From assembly GCA_964016885.1 (NCBI GenBank), contig OZ024743.1, forward strand, positions 43,214,001-43,278,000: DNA of 64,000 nucleotides, given 5' to 3'. The stretch is from Eledone cirrhosa. Its lineage: Eukaryota. Positions 42,920 through 58,351 of the stretch are shown here, one piece after another. Within the stretch, counting starts at the first letter, position 1. Every line of letters begins with the position of its first letter. The translations under genes and the position numbers were made by a program. The notes under the pieces were generated by a model, which saw only the letters and a program-made list of their open reading frames with translations, ran no database searches and was not told where the DNA came from.

Positions 42920-43092
42920 TAATAATTGTTTCTACTTTAGGCACAAGGACAGCAATTACCCAGTTCATTACTGGTACTTTATTTTATCGACCCCGTAAGG
43001 ATGAAAGGCAGGATTTGAACTAAGATCGTAAAGGACGTAACTATGCTGGAAATCATGGCGTTCGACCCTCTACCGATACTGCCAATCCACCA
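42920..43092 (-). mobile_element. tRNA-type SINE
   Basis: aataattgtttctactttaggcacaagg..tatcgaccccgtaaggatgaaaggc..ctctaccgatactgccaatcc. Confidence 0.82.
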
Positions 43093-43570
43093 ATATTCGA
43101 TTCGTTTCCAATTATGCAAAGAGCCTCTTTTACGTCATACCAGTAGAAGGAGCCCCTCATTATTGCTCTTGTAGATCTGACTGATCGGCCAGTCAGCTAA
43201 TATGCAAATCAGGCCGATCAGTACATTTTTGGACAACGTTCCCGATCAAAACTATCTCTCTCTCTTTCTCTTTCTCTCTCCTCCGTCTTTCTTTCTTTTT
43301 CCTCTTCTATATCTTTCCTTTTCTTCATTTTTCCTATTTTTTTCTCTTCTCTTATATTTTTGTCATATGTTGAATGGACACTTTCTTGTTCCCAAGTGTC
43401 TTTTTGGCCTCATATCATGTTACCTTATTTTATCTGATCAGAACACAATTTTTGTCCCAGGATGATGTTGTTTTCGAAATGCGCATAATAAAATATATGG
43501 AACCTTTTTAACCATCTTTTAATTTCTTCTTTATATATATATATGTATATATATATATATTCATACATAT

Positions 43571-44216
43571 ATCATTATAAGAAAGTGATTGACATATTCA
43601 TACACAGATAAGTGTGCACATATCAAAACATAGAACTAGAGACAATCTATATTGAAAGTAAGACTACTTATTTCGTTGAGTGTCTTATTAAATTTAATAA
43701 AACAATTAAAACAAAATACCTGATAACGATCAGATATATTTCCCCTCATATGTATTAGATATTTGGAAACGGATCATCAGTGAGGTAATTTTGTATTAAT
43801 TTCTTTTATTAAATTTAATAAGATACTCAACGAATTATGTAGTCTTACTTTCAGTCTAGATTGTCTCTATGTTTTGATATGTGCACACTTATGTGTGTTT
43901 GAATATATTTCAATCACTTTCTTATAATGATTAAGGGTCGATTTTATTCTCTGAATTCTATCTTGTGATCTTTATAGAGAGAAGACATATGTTCGATTTT
44001 GTATCATTCATGTCACTCTTTACTTTGAAAGTAATAATAATAAGTATATATATATATATATAATGATACACAATCGAACATATGTCTTGTCTCTATAAAG
44101 AGCTCAAGATAGAATTCAGAGAATAAAATCGACCCTTAATCATTATAAGAAAGTGATTGAAATATATTCAAACACACATAAGTGTGCACATATCAAAACA
44201 TAGAACTAGAGACAAT
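43571..44216. repeat. Zig-zag inverted repeat with three arms (+,-,+)
   Basis: atcattataagaaagtgattga..agagacaat at 43571 and 44139, with its reverse complement at ~43858-43931; second hairpin 43920-44008 / 44062-44150. Confidence 0.88.
43730..43783 (-). ncRNA. Minimal type I hammerhead motif in the hairpin spacer
   Basis: UCA-CUGAUGA-UCC..GGG-GAAA-UAUA-UC-UGA; all stems are short. Confidence 0.5.
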
Positions 44217-44219
44217 ATA

Positions 44220-45327
<1,108 letters not shown>

Positions 45328-45338
45328 GTATATGTATA

Positions 45339-45423
<85 letters not shown>

Positions 45424-45478
45424 TGTGACCAGCTGCGCCAATGTGAACCCGACAGACAGGTCGGTCAAGGTAAACAAG

Positions 45479-45519
<41 letters not shown>

Positions 45520-45817
45520 AGGGAGTGTAACTTGGAGTTACTGTAGGTTCATCTGGGTGAGCACTTGATGTTTAGGTTCACTTCAGTGTCAAGATGTAGA
45601 GATATACAGAGTGTATTATAGTGAAAAGATAACAAGGACGATTGGTTACTCTTTCATTAAATGCATTGTTTGGTGACGCGCGTTTCGCCTCTGGTCAGCT
45701 CAATGTTCGATCTGTATCTATCTTACGCGACTCAGTAATCTGCGGCTCGACGGATCCCTTGAAATGCTACTAGAAAATGAATATATATATATATATATAA
45801 ATATAGGCTTCTAATAT

Positions 45818-45892
45818 AAGCTTCTACAGGGCTAGAACTGTTTCATTCGTGAGAAATCATTTCTCACGATTGAAACAGTACTGTAGAAGCTT
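45818..45892. repeat. Small hairpin containing a hammerhead 3' half (GAAAC-AGUACU-GUA)
   Basis: aagcttctacag..ctgtttca.tcgtgagaaat-c-atttctcacga.tgaaacagtactgtagaagctt. Confidence 0.65.
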
Positions 45893-45999
45893 TTCTATAT
45901 TAAAACATTTATACTCTGCTATGTGTTGAGTACTTACTTGCTGTGGTTACCCCGGGTTAAACCCGGAATAACTTGTATATATATATATATATATATATA

Positions 46000-46209
46000 C
46001 AGTGTGGGCCAGAATGCATGACTCACTTGAATATATATAGATCTATTAATACATACTGCAGACTTCAATGATATTAGGAACTAAAAATATGACGAAAGTT
46101 GCTCAGCATATTAAGAAATAAAATAATTAATTAAAACAACACAATAACAATAAATTAATCATGTTAAGAAATATAACTAACAAGCGAGTCATGAATGCTG
46201 GCCACCCAG
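46000..46209. mobile_element. Tc1/mariner-type MITE
   Basis: ~30-bp imperfect TIRs cagtgtgggccagaatgcatgactcacttg and caagcgagtcatgaatgctggccacccag, flanked by TA. Confidence 0.65.
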
Positions 46210-46424
46210 TATATATATATACAAGCCGAAAACGTTGTTATATATATATAATTGTATTGCTTTGCAAATACTTGGGCAATTACATTTACATATATTCTGG
46301 TTGATATGAGAAGCATATTTTAATTGTTTAATTGTTATAATTAGAATTTGAAGATCTGTTAATTAATGAGGGATATGGAATTTACTGTTTTTCATTAATA
46401 AATGTTTGATACTTTTGATTTAAA

Positions 46425-46562
46425 GGTACATTACTGGTACATAATTTTATCGCCCCCATAAGGCAAAGTTAGCCTCGTGGGATTTGTACTCAGAATGGCA
46501 AGGGCCATAATTCTATGCTGCAAATCGTGGTGTTCGAACTTCTACCGATACTGCCAATCCAC
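46425..46562 (-). mobile_element. tRNA-type SINE fragment
   Basis: ttactggtac..ttttatcg..ctcagaatggcaagggcc..ctaccgatactgccaatcc. Confidence 0.75.
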
Positions 46563-46964
46563 AATAATAATAAGACATGGTCAGAGATAAAACTCCAGAA
46601 ATAATTTTAAAAATCTGCCATTTAATCCATCAATATAACCGACCACGCCTGAATACTTAGAATGGATATTAACGTCATATTCTTAATCCAAATAAAATTG
46701 TAATAGTCAAGTAAAGATCTTCTAGTATGGCAGATAATGTCAATCACAATGGCATATTTATGGGTGTGGTTGATATTTCTTTGGTTTGTATGGTTGTGCG
46801 TATTGGATCTCCGATTAAATTAAGTATATTAATGTTGTATAACAGACTTGAAGCAATGGCCGTTTACTGATCTTCACTTCTATCCGATTTCTCTGATAAT
46901 GGGATGAGGTGAACTAACCCTAATATGGAATGATTACGTCGGATATATTATTTATTACATGCGT

Positions 46965-47275
46965 ACATCATCAACATCAGTCCCTTGACTTCTGTAGTCG
47001 TCGGGGGATCCTACTGCAGAATGACCACACACTCAAAATAGTCTATCCATGGCGGGTAACAACAAATTTGGTGTCGTAATTTGCGTCCATTCTTTGAAAT
47101 TGACCAATCAGATTTTGAGTTTTTGAGCGTCCTCTTTCAACGGTGCCTTGCATCCTGGTCTTGCACAGGCTGTCATGTCGTGTGACGTAGACAAACCACG
47201 ACAGTTTGCTCATCTCGAGACTGGTGAGGAGGAGTTCCTGGTGACCAACAAAACTGTTAACCTTAACCCACACGT
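46965..47275 (-). mobile_element. RTE-clade LINE 3' fragment
   Basis: KLSWFVYVTRHDSLCKTRMQGTVERGR resembles the RTE C-terminus (WFGHVTR..ILQGTVEG); short 3' UTR ending in (tga)n-like repeats. Confidence 0.7.
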
Positions 47276-47670
47276 ATTCAATTATTTTACGTTCTCAATA
47301 TATAACCACGTACAACATTACGTCAATCACAAGAATTTTGATGTTTTCATATAACTTGGATATAATCCGAATCTAACCTTTGGAAAAAATCTGGTAGGCT
47401 TACATGGTGGCACATATCATCTTTGGTTTGTTACTTATTCGGGTCACTTAGCAACTAATTAATAATACACGTTAATTTTTATATATACACATTACTTCAT
47501 CTTTCGTTTCGTAGATAACCACAGGAAAATAAAAAAAGAATCATTTAAAAAATACAGAAAAGCAGGTGTTATTGGAAGGTCCATCCCACAGTGATGTTAA
47601 CGTGTAAACAAAAGTTTTCAGAAATGTGAGCAAGAAAAAAGCATCTTTTCCCTTTCATTGATATACGTTA

Positions 47671-49478
47671 CTAGCTAAGGTACCCAGCTTCACCAGGGTT
47701 AACAAATGATAAGAGAAGACCGACAGAAGAGAAAACGTCTGTATTGAATGCATTGTCTTGTTTACAGTGTGTGTGTATTGTGTGTGTGTCTATGGTTCTG
47801 TGTGTTTGATATATATATATGTGTGTGAGTATTTGTGTGTGCGTGTGTGTATATATATATATTTATATGTGTGTGTGTGTGTGTTTATGTGTGCCTGTGT
47901 GAGTGTTCGTGTGTGTGCATGCGTGACTGTTCGTGTGTGTGTTTTGTAAAACACCCTTGGAATCGGAGACATAGGCCGCGAAACACGATCATCACTGACA
48001 ACGAACTCGAGAGAGAATCCCTTATGGTTGATTCCCAGTCTGCTAGAAATAGCAGTCAGGTTAGTTAGCATACGTGGTATGTATTTCTTCTTCTTTGGTG
48101 TTATTAAATTAGTATCAATAAACATTCCTGTATATACTCTTATCCCAATCTTGTACATAGTTCCGATTGTCACTTCGTTTTTTTCGTATGATACGCGAAG
48201 GGACCAACCAACAAACATCTCTCTTTTATATCTCTTTTATTTGTTCATTCAAAATATTTTTCAGCTAATTCTGTCGTACAATATACATCAGCAATCGTTA
48301 TCTAATGTTTAAAACATATGGATAGCTGTGATATATGCACCATATCAATCAAAATCGATATGAGAATTGAATACCATACTAAAGCGCGAGTAAGCTTGCT
48401 AAGAACCTGCAGATAGAAATGTTAATAAATACAACATTTGGCTTGGGTAAACTTTAAGATGTTCTTTCATTGTATGTTTCTTTTCTCAGCCAGTACGTTA
48501 AAGAAAATTGATAGTTACAACAATAAATGTTGAACAGAGAACAACATGTTTAACAAACTTTACAATAATTTGTACAACCATAATGGAAATTCCAAGTAAC
48601 AGAAAATACATAAATTACATTCTTAGAGTCTCAGAGTATATAATATGTTTTGTTCGGCTCTCGAGAGCAAAGATGAAGAGATTGTTTGGCGAGCTCACCC
48701 TAGAGCATTCTACATACAATTGACCATGGTTTTCCAAGATGAAGTCCAGCCTATTTAGGGTTTGACTTTGAGCTTTGTTGATGGTAATCGCGAAGCTTAG
48801 TCTCTCTGTTGCTCTAGTAAAATGTGTTCTTCTGGAAAATCTGATCTCGTGGCCAGGCTAGGACTTTTGGGTGGCATATCGGCAGTGTCAATAAGGATAA
48901 ACCGTCTGTGATTTTTTGAAATAAATACGTTTGTTATAACGTTTTTTCTTCTGGAAAATCTGATCTTGCGGCCAGGCTAGGACTTTGTGGGTGGCATATC
49001 GGCAGTAACAATGACGATAAGCCGTCTGTGCTTTCGTGAAATAAATATGTTTGTTTATATTTTGTTTTTGTGTATGCAAAAATATCTGTACACGAATATA
49101 TAATTATCTATATATATTAAAATAACAGACTAAAGTTTAAGCAAATAATCTCTGCTTAACGGGATCTTCTGAGGCTAAAAAAATCAATCTGTGAACGCAG
49201 TAGTAAATATTTCGAAAACCGTTGCAACTGAAAGAAAACAGGAAGATGATACTTTGGTTTGTGAAGACGTTAGCAATGTTGACATTTGAAAATTTTAAAG
49301 AAGTGAATATTTAAATAACGTCTTTAATCTTTTAACAAAATTCAGTAGACAAAAATACCCTCATTTTCTTACTTGGAAAAAGTTACATCTATGGTTCAAA
49401 TTTGGTGCCATTTGTTCAATCCGCTTTGCAGAAAGTTTGTTAATTACTTACGGCCGTCAGCTTTATAGTATATATAAA
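47671..49478 (-). mobile_element. Non-autonomous Helitron related to the 29250 element; 3' end firm, extent tentative
   Basis: ctagctaaggtacccagcttcaccagggttaacaaatgataagagaagac matches the 29250 terminus. A Helitron-like 5' end (atatatactataaagctg on the minus strand) lies near 49460-49478. Confidence 0.6.
48828..49055. repeat. ~120-bp direct tandem duplication
   Basis: tctggaaaatctgatct..ggccaggctaggacttt..gggtggcatatcggcagt occurs twice. Confidence 0.85.
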
Positions 49479-49991
49479 TATATATGATGGTGATTGCCCC
49501 CTCGTTATCGAGTATGGTCATTGCACGATGTAACATTAATAATAATTATTAATTAATGTTACAGTGCAATGCCTGAGCGAGAAGATTTTTTTTTAAATGG
49601 GGAAAGACTGTGCACTGAGCCAATCCCACTCTCTGAGCGACAGTAGCTATAAACCGAAAAGAAGAAAAGATCAACATCATCGGTAACTACTGAGCCAGAG
49701 GTTTTATGTCGGAGTTATCCCAGTATCCTGAGTTGCCTTCTCCTAGAAGTATACCCTGACAAAGGCTAGGAGTCCTTCACTCCCAGTGGTTGAACCGCGC
49801 CATCGGGTATCCAGCCCGATTATTTCTAAGTCCCGGCGTATATATATATATATACACACATTTATACATATGTATATACATATTTACACAATATTTTGGA
49901 TGGCCGTTGCCTCTTATGGGATCTTCCGTCCCTTGTAGATATATACATACACATATACACGCACACGCACGCCCCTCCCCCATATATATAT

Positions 49992-50026
<35 letters not shown>

Positions 50027-50125
50027 AATTATATATTCTTTCATTTCTCTCATCTTACCAGAGAAAATAGGTGACGTATCACACTCCAATCACACACTCA
50101 CACACACACACACACACACGCACAC

Positions 50126-50200
<75 letters not shown>

Positions 50201-50260
50201 CGTGTGTATGTGATTGGAGTGCGATACTTCACCTATTTTCTCTTGATTTTTTCATAATTT

Positions 50261-50770
50261 TGAAACTTCAAGAGGCTGAACTCCTAAACATTATAATCTC
50301 AGCTGCGCAGATTATATGAAAATTATAATCACATCCTCATTATTTAATACATTGAAAATAAACTGGTTTTAATGATTTTACTTGAATCAGTATTCTGTGA
50401 ATATCCCAGCTCACATTTGAGCAAACAGTCTGCTCCTCTTATATATGTACATGTGTGTGTGAAAGTAATTCCAGATAGTTTTTGAATAATTACATAGATT
50501 TAAACCCGAAGTGAATCCTAAATAATTTGTGTATGTAGCATAATAGGTTATTGATTAATTACACACATCTCAAGACCTGGACGTTAATTATAAGAGGAAC
50601 AGATTGTTTGCTCAACTCTGGGGCTGAGATGTTCACAGAATACTCACTCACGTAAAATCCTTAAAGCCAATTTATTTTGGATGTATTCAATAATGAGGAT
50701 GTAATTATTATATTCATATAAACTGCGCTCCTGGAATTGTAATGCTTAGGAGCGCAGCCTCTTCAAATTT
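50261..50770. repeat. Old diverged inverted repeat (~180 bp arms)
   Basis: gtattctgtgaa/ttcacagaatac, ttgagcaaaca/tgtttgctcaa, acatcctcattatt/aataatgaggatgt, aagaggctg/cagcctctt. Confidence 0.75.
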
Positions 50771-50811
50771 CTTGTTAATTATCACAATTTAACGAATCCA
50801 TTTCTATCTTG

Positions 50812-51620
50812 TTTTTTTTTTTTTTATAAATCCATAACAATAGTATATGTACATTTAGGAAAATACAAACTAACTGAACATTGTACCTTTTATGAAACCA
50901 TTATAAAAATAATTACCCACTGTCCCTGAGGACAGTTAACATCACACACTTTATTCTAGGAGTTTGTACAGTGTATACAATTAAATATTTCATGTAATTA
51001 TATATATATAATAGAAACTACACCCGCCACGTGCAATCTGGTTGGACTTGGTAGAAGTGATCAGCAACCTAAAAGAATTTAACCCCATTTAGAGAGAATG
51101 GATACCAATTCTGTTTCGACGTAGTTTCGCTATACACCTCTGCCCTTACCCTAAGCATCGATTTAAATACGGACAACATCATAACTTCTACCGACCCGAA
51201 TTGATTTGAGCTCATTACTGCTGAAATCCATCAGATGCTCACTGTCGCCATGTACAGCACCTTTTTCCTGTTTGGAGACTCCGTCTATAAATAAATGTCA
51301 GGACTTCCGATGGCGGTCAAGTCTCTCATGCCTGTTGGCGATTACGTACATGGACCACATGAAGAGCACAACATTCACACCTACCACACTTGGCATACCT
51401 GAGGATATATCGATGGTACGTATGTCGCTGAATAGAAATAAGTAGGAAGAGCTCTCCTCGGGACATGGGAACCCCGAATATGAAACCTACTTTAAGACTT
51501 TTAAAGGGATTCGCAAAGGAATCTCCACCAACCATGGAAGTCAAATCATCGGACCTCCATAAGCCCTCGGGATGGAAGTAGGCATTTACTCCTTATTTTA
51601 GCCTGCCAGCATATCCGTCC
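50812..51620 (-). mobile_element. Probable decayed LINE 3' end with poly(A)
   Basis: Poly-T at 50812-50825 and a Cys/His-knuckle-like remnant (AKCGRCECCALH). Confidence 0.35.
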
Positions 51621-51634
51621 AAATAGTAGATACT

Positions 51635-52610
51635 TAAATATTCGTGGCCAACGGTCGACCTGGAAGCAGGATTACCTGCTCAACGACCTCAGGAGGTCAC
51701 TAGATATAACAGAGATTGTCGTCACTGAGTCCAGGATTTCGGATACACGCGTACTAGCCATAATTTTCGACGACTGTCTGATCGTTGCATCTCTTAGCCT
51801 GCCGGAAATGGGAGAGGTTGGCAGTGCTGTTTAGGAAAGGCCTGGTTATCGAGATTAGGTCGATCTTCCAGAACTCGGACATTATGTTGGTGATCCTAGA
51901 CGTGACCAATGGCGAAGGTGGTTTCTATTATGGCCGTCTACGCCCATCCGGTGACAGACGGCCGGAATTATTTGACAGACGGCCGGAATTATTTAGGTAC
52001 CTGGAAGTCTTTCTGGGAACGTCTCACCCTTTACGGTTAGTGGGGGACTGTAACGGCATCTTAGACGCACGCTGAGATTGTCTGCGAGTAGATAATAGGA
52101 GTAGAGGGGGCAAAAACCTCAAGTACAAGATCAGGCAGTTCCAAGTGTCTGACAGGTAACTACCAGATTTCTGTAATGCACCTGGGTGGACCTGGATCAA
52201 CCGCATATTTTCATCTAGATTGTATATGTTTGGACTGCACCACCAAATGGACAAACACTTGGACGAAATGACATATTCCTCTTTGGGGAAGTTTTCACTT
52301 GAAAAGGAAAATCAGGTTGTAGATGGAAGCGCTGCCTTCTAGAGAGTGGGTGAGAGTGGTCCTTCATTGAGGATGCGCCTGTACATTGGAAGAGAACAAC
52401 TAGGAGAGGGACATTGCCCTAGCGGTCAGGATGACGCTGGCTTTTTGTGGGATTTATTCACGAGTGATACTTGGAGACTCCACAATTTTGGTGAATTTGT
52501 TATGCTTTTTCTTTTAGATTTTATTTTGCAACCCCCACTGTATCGTCATGTACCATCTTTAAAGTTTCCTTAATGTGAGCCCTGTGTGGCTAATAAAGAA
52601 ATTATTTTCA
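51635..52610 (+). pseudogene. Decayed LINE APE endonuclease fragment (L1/Tx1-like) joined to a probable 3' end
   Basis: LNIRG, IVVTESRI, LRLVGDCNGILD and WTWI remnants; aataaa at ~52592. Confidence 0.6.
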
Positions 52611-52880
52611 TTAGGATAATTATTATTAACATAATTATTAATACCAAATAAAACAGCAACTCTGTCTCAGTCATTTCTTGGTCATTTTGAGGTTATTTCT
52701 ACAAATAGAAAATCATTTTTTTTTTACCCTCTTATTTACTTGACCAAAATTAGTCATTGCATGTATAAAAAAGATTAGCTTTTGAATTCTTATTTTTCTG
52801 ACTATTCATATAAATGTCCCCCCACCCCACCTCAGTCCTCTTCTTTCCTGCTTTCTTCTCCTTCTCCATTCTTTTTCTTT

Positions 52881-52881
<1 letters not shown>

Positions 52882-52922
<41 letters not shown>

Positions 52923-52984
52923 TTCTTCTTCTTCTTCTTCTTCTTCTTCTTCTTCTTCTTCTTCTTCTTCTTCTTCTTCTTCTT

Positions 52985-53013
<29 letters not shown>
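52882..53013. repeat. Compound microsatellite (CAT)n(CTT)n
   Basis: Read directly from sequence. Confidence 0.97.
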
Positions 53014-53016
<3 letters not shown>

Positions 53017-53414
53017 CCACCCCTTTTTCTTCTAACCCACACCTTCTTCACCTCTTTCCTCTTCTTACACTTCTCGTTAATCAAGTGACCGCGCCTCCAT
53101 TTCCTCCTGCTCCTCCTCTACTACAAGATACTTGGTCCATTAAATAGAATCCCTCCTCCAACATCTTCAAAGTCCTACTGAGACACTTATAGATAACCCC
53201 AACTAACCAACTTTATTTGACATTCCTGAATGAAACAGTTCTACTCCTGAAAAAGTTATTTCTATATATGTACACATTGCACCCAGCAGCCGCCTTAACT
53301 CTAATAAACAACCAAACACGAGTCGTAATAGCATTGAGTGCTTGAAAAGGTGCACCAACTGTAACCCTAGTTACACACCTTACAAACATATATTACAATA
53401 CAAAACAATACAAT

Positions 53415-53658
53415 ACAATAGGAGGGAACATAATAATAGTACCACTAATGATGTGGCAGATGTGTAACGAAAAAACTTTGATAGACTATATATATATATA
53501 TTTATATCTGTATTTTTAACCGTGGTCAATCATTGATGGCCAAATGTATTAACTATGGAGATATGAATTATACAGAGGCGAAAACCAACCAAACAGTGTG
53601 TGTGTTCTGTTATTATTTCTGGCAATATTATTACATCAATATGACCCTCCCCAAGTAT

Positions 53659-53663
<5 letters not shown>
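53415..53663 (+). repeat. Solo diverged 3'-terminal fragment of the 59923-64000 PLE family
   Basis: gcagatgtgtaacgaaaaaactttg.tagactata and gcgaaaaccaaccaaacagtg..tctggcaatattattac match 63880-63950 and the reverse complement of 59923-60190. Confidence 0.7.
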
Positions 53664-53694
<31 letters not shown>

Positions 53695-53695
53695 G

Positions 53696-53772
<77 letters not shown>

Positions 53773-55182
53773 GCATATATATGTATATATATATACACAT
53801 ATATGTTAGTAATGTGTGTGTGTGTGTGTGTCTGTGTGTGTGTGTGTGTGTGTGTGAATGTGTGTCTATGTGCATGTGTGTCTGGGTATATGTGTGTGTG
53901 TGTGGCATAGATTGTGTACATCAAGATGATATTGATGATCCAACAGTTTGTTATTCTTCCATTTACTTTGCGGCAATGTAGCCTTCCGGTTTCTGTTACT
54001 CCGATGCAGATATTTATATCCACTTTATTACTACTGGATAAGTGTAAGATCGGCTTATAGAAACTGATCAATGTATTTGGCGCCTCATTAGACAGTGCCT
54101 CAAATATATGTTACACATAAAAGGTTAGTAGTTTCCGATTCTTGTGAGTATTTAATCAGCAGGATTAACTCAAAGGGAACTGGAGACAATGGAATTGCAT
54201 CTTCTGTTGAAAAAGCAGCAAATTTGTTTCATCTTTCCTTTAGAGATGGTGTGTGGTCACTGCAACATATGAAGGTAAAAAAAATGCCGGACTATAGTTC
54301 ATGACTCCTGACCTAATTCTTAATTCATCAGGCAGATTAACTGTTTATAAACACTATTTACAGCACTTTCTTAAATTTTGCATACATCAAATTATTATGA
54401 TTAACTGGAAATCCTTTACACAACAATAATAATTTTAGAATGTGCAGGGATCTCATCCGTCTTGTCTTGTGATAAATTTAAAAGAATATTCATATTCGAC
54501 GTGAAGTTATAGATCTTCAAACAGGTGCCATAATATATTAATATGGGACAATTAGGTGCTTCGAAATTTTAACCACCCCCTTCAGTGCCACGCCTTAACC
54601 ACTTTTTCTGAGGTGAAGCGTACGCACAACTATATGATCATATTCCGCGCATGCAAGCCACGAGGCCACATGTGAAAGTCTACAGACCCTTATCTTCCTT
54701 CAAAGTTACAGCTGACTGTTTATAGTATGTACAGATCGAGAATGTAATTTATGAATATGGTTTCTCCTCTCGTTAAATATATGCATAGGGAGGTGCTCAC
54801 ACACACAGACACATAAACGTCTATTACAATTCTTCCAAAGCAAAGTTTACATCTCGCAACTTCACCTACAATATAACCATCCACAAAATACACGCCTCCA
54901 CAGCCGAATATTCTGACACATTTATGATTCACATATAATAACTTACTCCGATTACAAATCAGAGACTACACCACACCCAACCAATAGAAATAACAGGAAA
55001 CATGGATCATAATTTGCACCATCACCAAAACCTCGGAAAATATATGCACATATATACATACATACAAGCAGATAGACAGATAGATGCGAAGTGAGAGATA
55101 ATCACTGAGTTATTGAGAATGACTGAAAGAAAAAGAGACCGAGAGCGGGGCCATAAGCCTAATACATTGTTTTAGTGTTTTG

Positions 55183-55310
<128 letters not shown>

Positions 55311-55394
55311 CATATACAGATACACATACATACACACATATGTATGTGTGTAAAACTAATTCTTAGATGTATTCATTGAACCTTGTTTAACTCT

Positions 55395-55434
<40 letters not shown>

Positions 55435-55794
55435 TTCATATACACACACACATATATATAAGAAAATACATAAATATTATATATATATATAAAAATAAAA
55501 AGGTGAAAGGGGTAAACAAATAGTTGGGTATACGACAAATAATAAATAAATAAATAATTAGAAAAAGCTATAAATGTTTATAGCTGATTTAGAGCACTCA
55601 ACAATTCCTGGAGCAAATGATCAATGAAAATAAGCATTAAATCACTGTATGTAATTATGCACATACATACACATACATATATACATATACATATATATAT
55701 ATATATACACACATAAGCACACACAACCATACAAATACACACACATATACATACATATACATACATATACATATATATATATATATACATATAG

Positions 55795-55979
55795 GAAAAA
55801 GTATGACCACGACGGCAGAGCTCAAGCCGTTTCTGAGGCTATTATATGTATATACACAGATAAACAATTATATAAAAATACACATTTACACACACCCACA
55901 CATATCTACAAAAAGTTACGTCACCACCTTAATAAATATACACACACATATATAAACACACACACACACACACATACAT

Positions 55980-56028
<49 letters not shown>

Positions 56029-56097
56029 AATACAACAGAAGCATATAAAATACAATTATATACACACAGATATATATTATTATATATACACATACAT

Positions 56098-56175
<78 letters not shown>

Positions 56176-57410
56176 GTAACACATACACAGACACACAGAA
56201 ATAAATATCTAAAAATAAAAAAGGTGGGTATGTAAAGGGTAAGGTAGAAAGTAGGGGGGAATAAGGAAAATAAATGACATAGGTAAAGGTTTAAATATAA
56301 GAGGAGATAAGGGAGAAAAAGATATAAGAGAACAGAAAGTGAGTTCAGAAAGTAAAAAAATCGTAGTGGATGTAAGGTGTAGCGAGCAGAGAAGAAGTTC
56401 AAGGTGATTGAGTCATCGTAGGAATGTCAATCCAGTTACAGATCAGATATGGTTTCAGGTGAGGACAATATCTGAAGATCTCGGTGTTGGAGTTCAGGCA
56501 AGTTCAAATGGCTTTCAAGTTTTGTAAAATCCTAAATTTGTCAGTGGTACAGAAAGAACAATTCTTTGTGCCCCTTTGGTACTCCCTCAAATGGTCTGAA
56601 ATAGGCCAATCGATAGAGTACGGGGGATGTTTTTATTCTTGAATTCCCACACCTTATTTGCGAGAGCCGTTGCTGTGCTTTTATCGGAGTGTTTAAAAGA
56701 AGCGACATGTGCATAAAACTTGGTTTTAAACCTGTCCTGAGTCATGCCAACATATCGTTCACTCCCGGCTGGCTGGTTGTTAATTAAATTAAAGGTGTCA
56801 CTTTGGCGTCATATACAACGGATTTGGTGTTACAATTGCCCTGTAATGGGCATTCATCCGGCTTCTTGCAACTGCATCCTGGATTTATTCTCGTATGATT
56901 AGAATTAGTGATTTTAGACTTCATTGATGGGCAGCAAGAGTAACTGATTTTAACTACATTTCTATTAAATAACTTATAATATCTATGATTAGGAGGAAAA
57001 TGTTTGTCTAAGAGGTCAAGGAATTTCCTTCCTACATTAGGTTTGACAGTTAGTAGGAAGGGGGTGTAAACCAAATAATTTCCCTTTTCCTATTATTGTG
57101 GTTAGTTTTAGGGGGAGGAGTAGGTAAATAATTAATGTGTTCTTTAAATCCGCTGTTATTAAGGGCTTTATTATAATAAGGGGCGGCTTTATTAAAAATG
57201 TCTACAGACGAAGATAACGTAGAAATCCTACGGCTAATGTTGGGAATAAGATTTTTTTAAACTATAGAGGGATGACAAAACTCTTTGTGTATATATCTAA
57301 GATTTTCGTTAGGTTTATAAGGTTTAAAAGAGGCAGTAAGTAAATCAAGATTAATGTCAAGAAAGTTAGCATTGGTAAGGTTCGTATCTATAGTAATTTT
57401 AAGGTTAATT
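55795..57410 (-). mobile_element. 5'-truncated Penelope-like element (RT C-terminus plus GIY-YIG, frameshifted)
   Basis: ANFLDINLDL..FKPYKPNE..YIH, KISYSCCPSMK..CSC..CPLQGNC..VVYDAKV, RYVGMTQDRFK; hammerhead 3' half GAAACGGCUUGAGCUCUGCCGUC at ~55809-55833. Confidence 0.85.
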
Positions 57411-57883
57411 GTGTGTGTGCGTATGTAGGTGTGTGTACATATATCTATATTTGTGTATGCGTATGTATGCGTGTATATATGTGTGGATCTATGCGTGTGT
57501 ATGTACGTGTGTATATATGTAAGAAATATGTGTGTGTATATATATATATATAGATGTATATATATATATATATATACATATCTGTGTGTGTGTGTTTGTG
57601 TATTTGTGTGTATGTGTATGTATGGATATGTTGATATATATGTGTGTATGTATGTATATGTATATGTATGCGTATTTGTACGTGTATGTATATGTGTATG
57701 TATATATATATATATGTGTATATGTATGTATATATATGTGTATGTATATATGTGTGTGTGGATATATATGTGTGTGGGTGTGTGCATGTGTGTTTATTTT
57801 TCCGTTCCTTCCTTTTCCAGCCTCACTTTCATATAGATTATATTTTTATTTTTAAAATCCAATGTCAATAAATATACCAGGAA

Positions 57884-57946
57884 TTTTCATTCTGATGATT
57901 GAAAGCAAAATGTGTTTACTTTCAAGAAACCACTGGTAAATAAAAT
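57884..57946 (+). ncRNA. Type I hammerhead ribozyme motif (canonical core)
   Basis: uuuucAUU-CUGAUGA-UUGAAAG..CUUUCAA-GAAAC-CACUG-GUA-AAUaaaau. Confidence 0.8.
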
Positions 57947-58083
57947 GATTGCCTTATGTTGTTTATTACATAACTATTAAGCTCTGTAACGTACATAGAG
58001 CACTCTTTTTTCCTGGACTTTTCCGACGGAATTACTTCATTTACACACATATATATATATACATACTATAACTATAACTTCCT

Positions 58084-58129
<46 letters not shown>

Positions 58130-58146
58130 ATGTATATATGCATATG

Positions 58147-58186
<40 letters not shown>

Positions 58187-58190
58187 AATA

Positions 58191-58351
<161 letters not shown>

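Noticed and set aside
49485-49815. Possible LINE 5' UTR fragment
   Set aside because: The resemblance is only from memory and there is no second copy in the window to confirm it.
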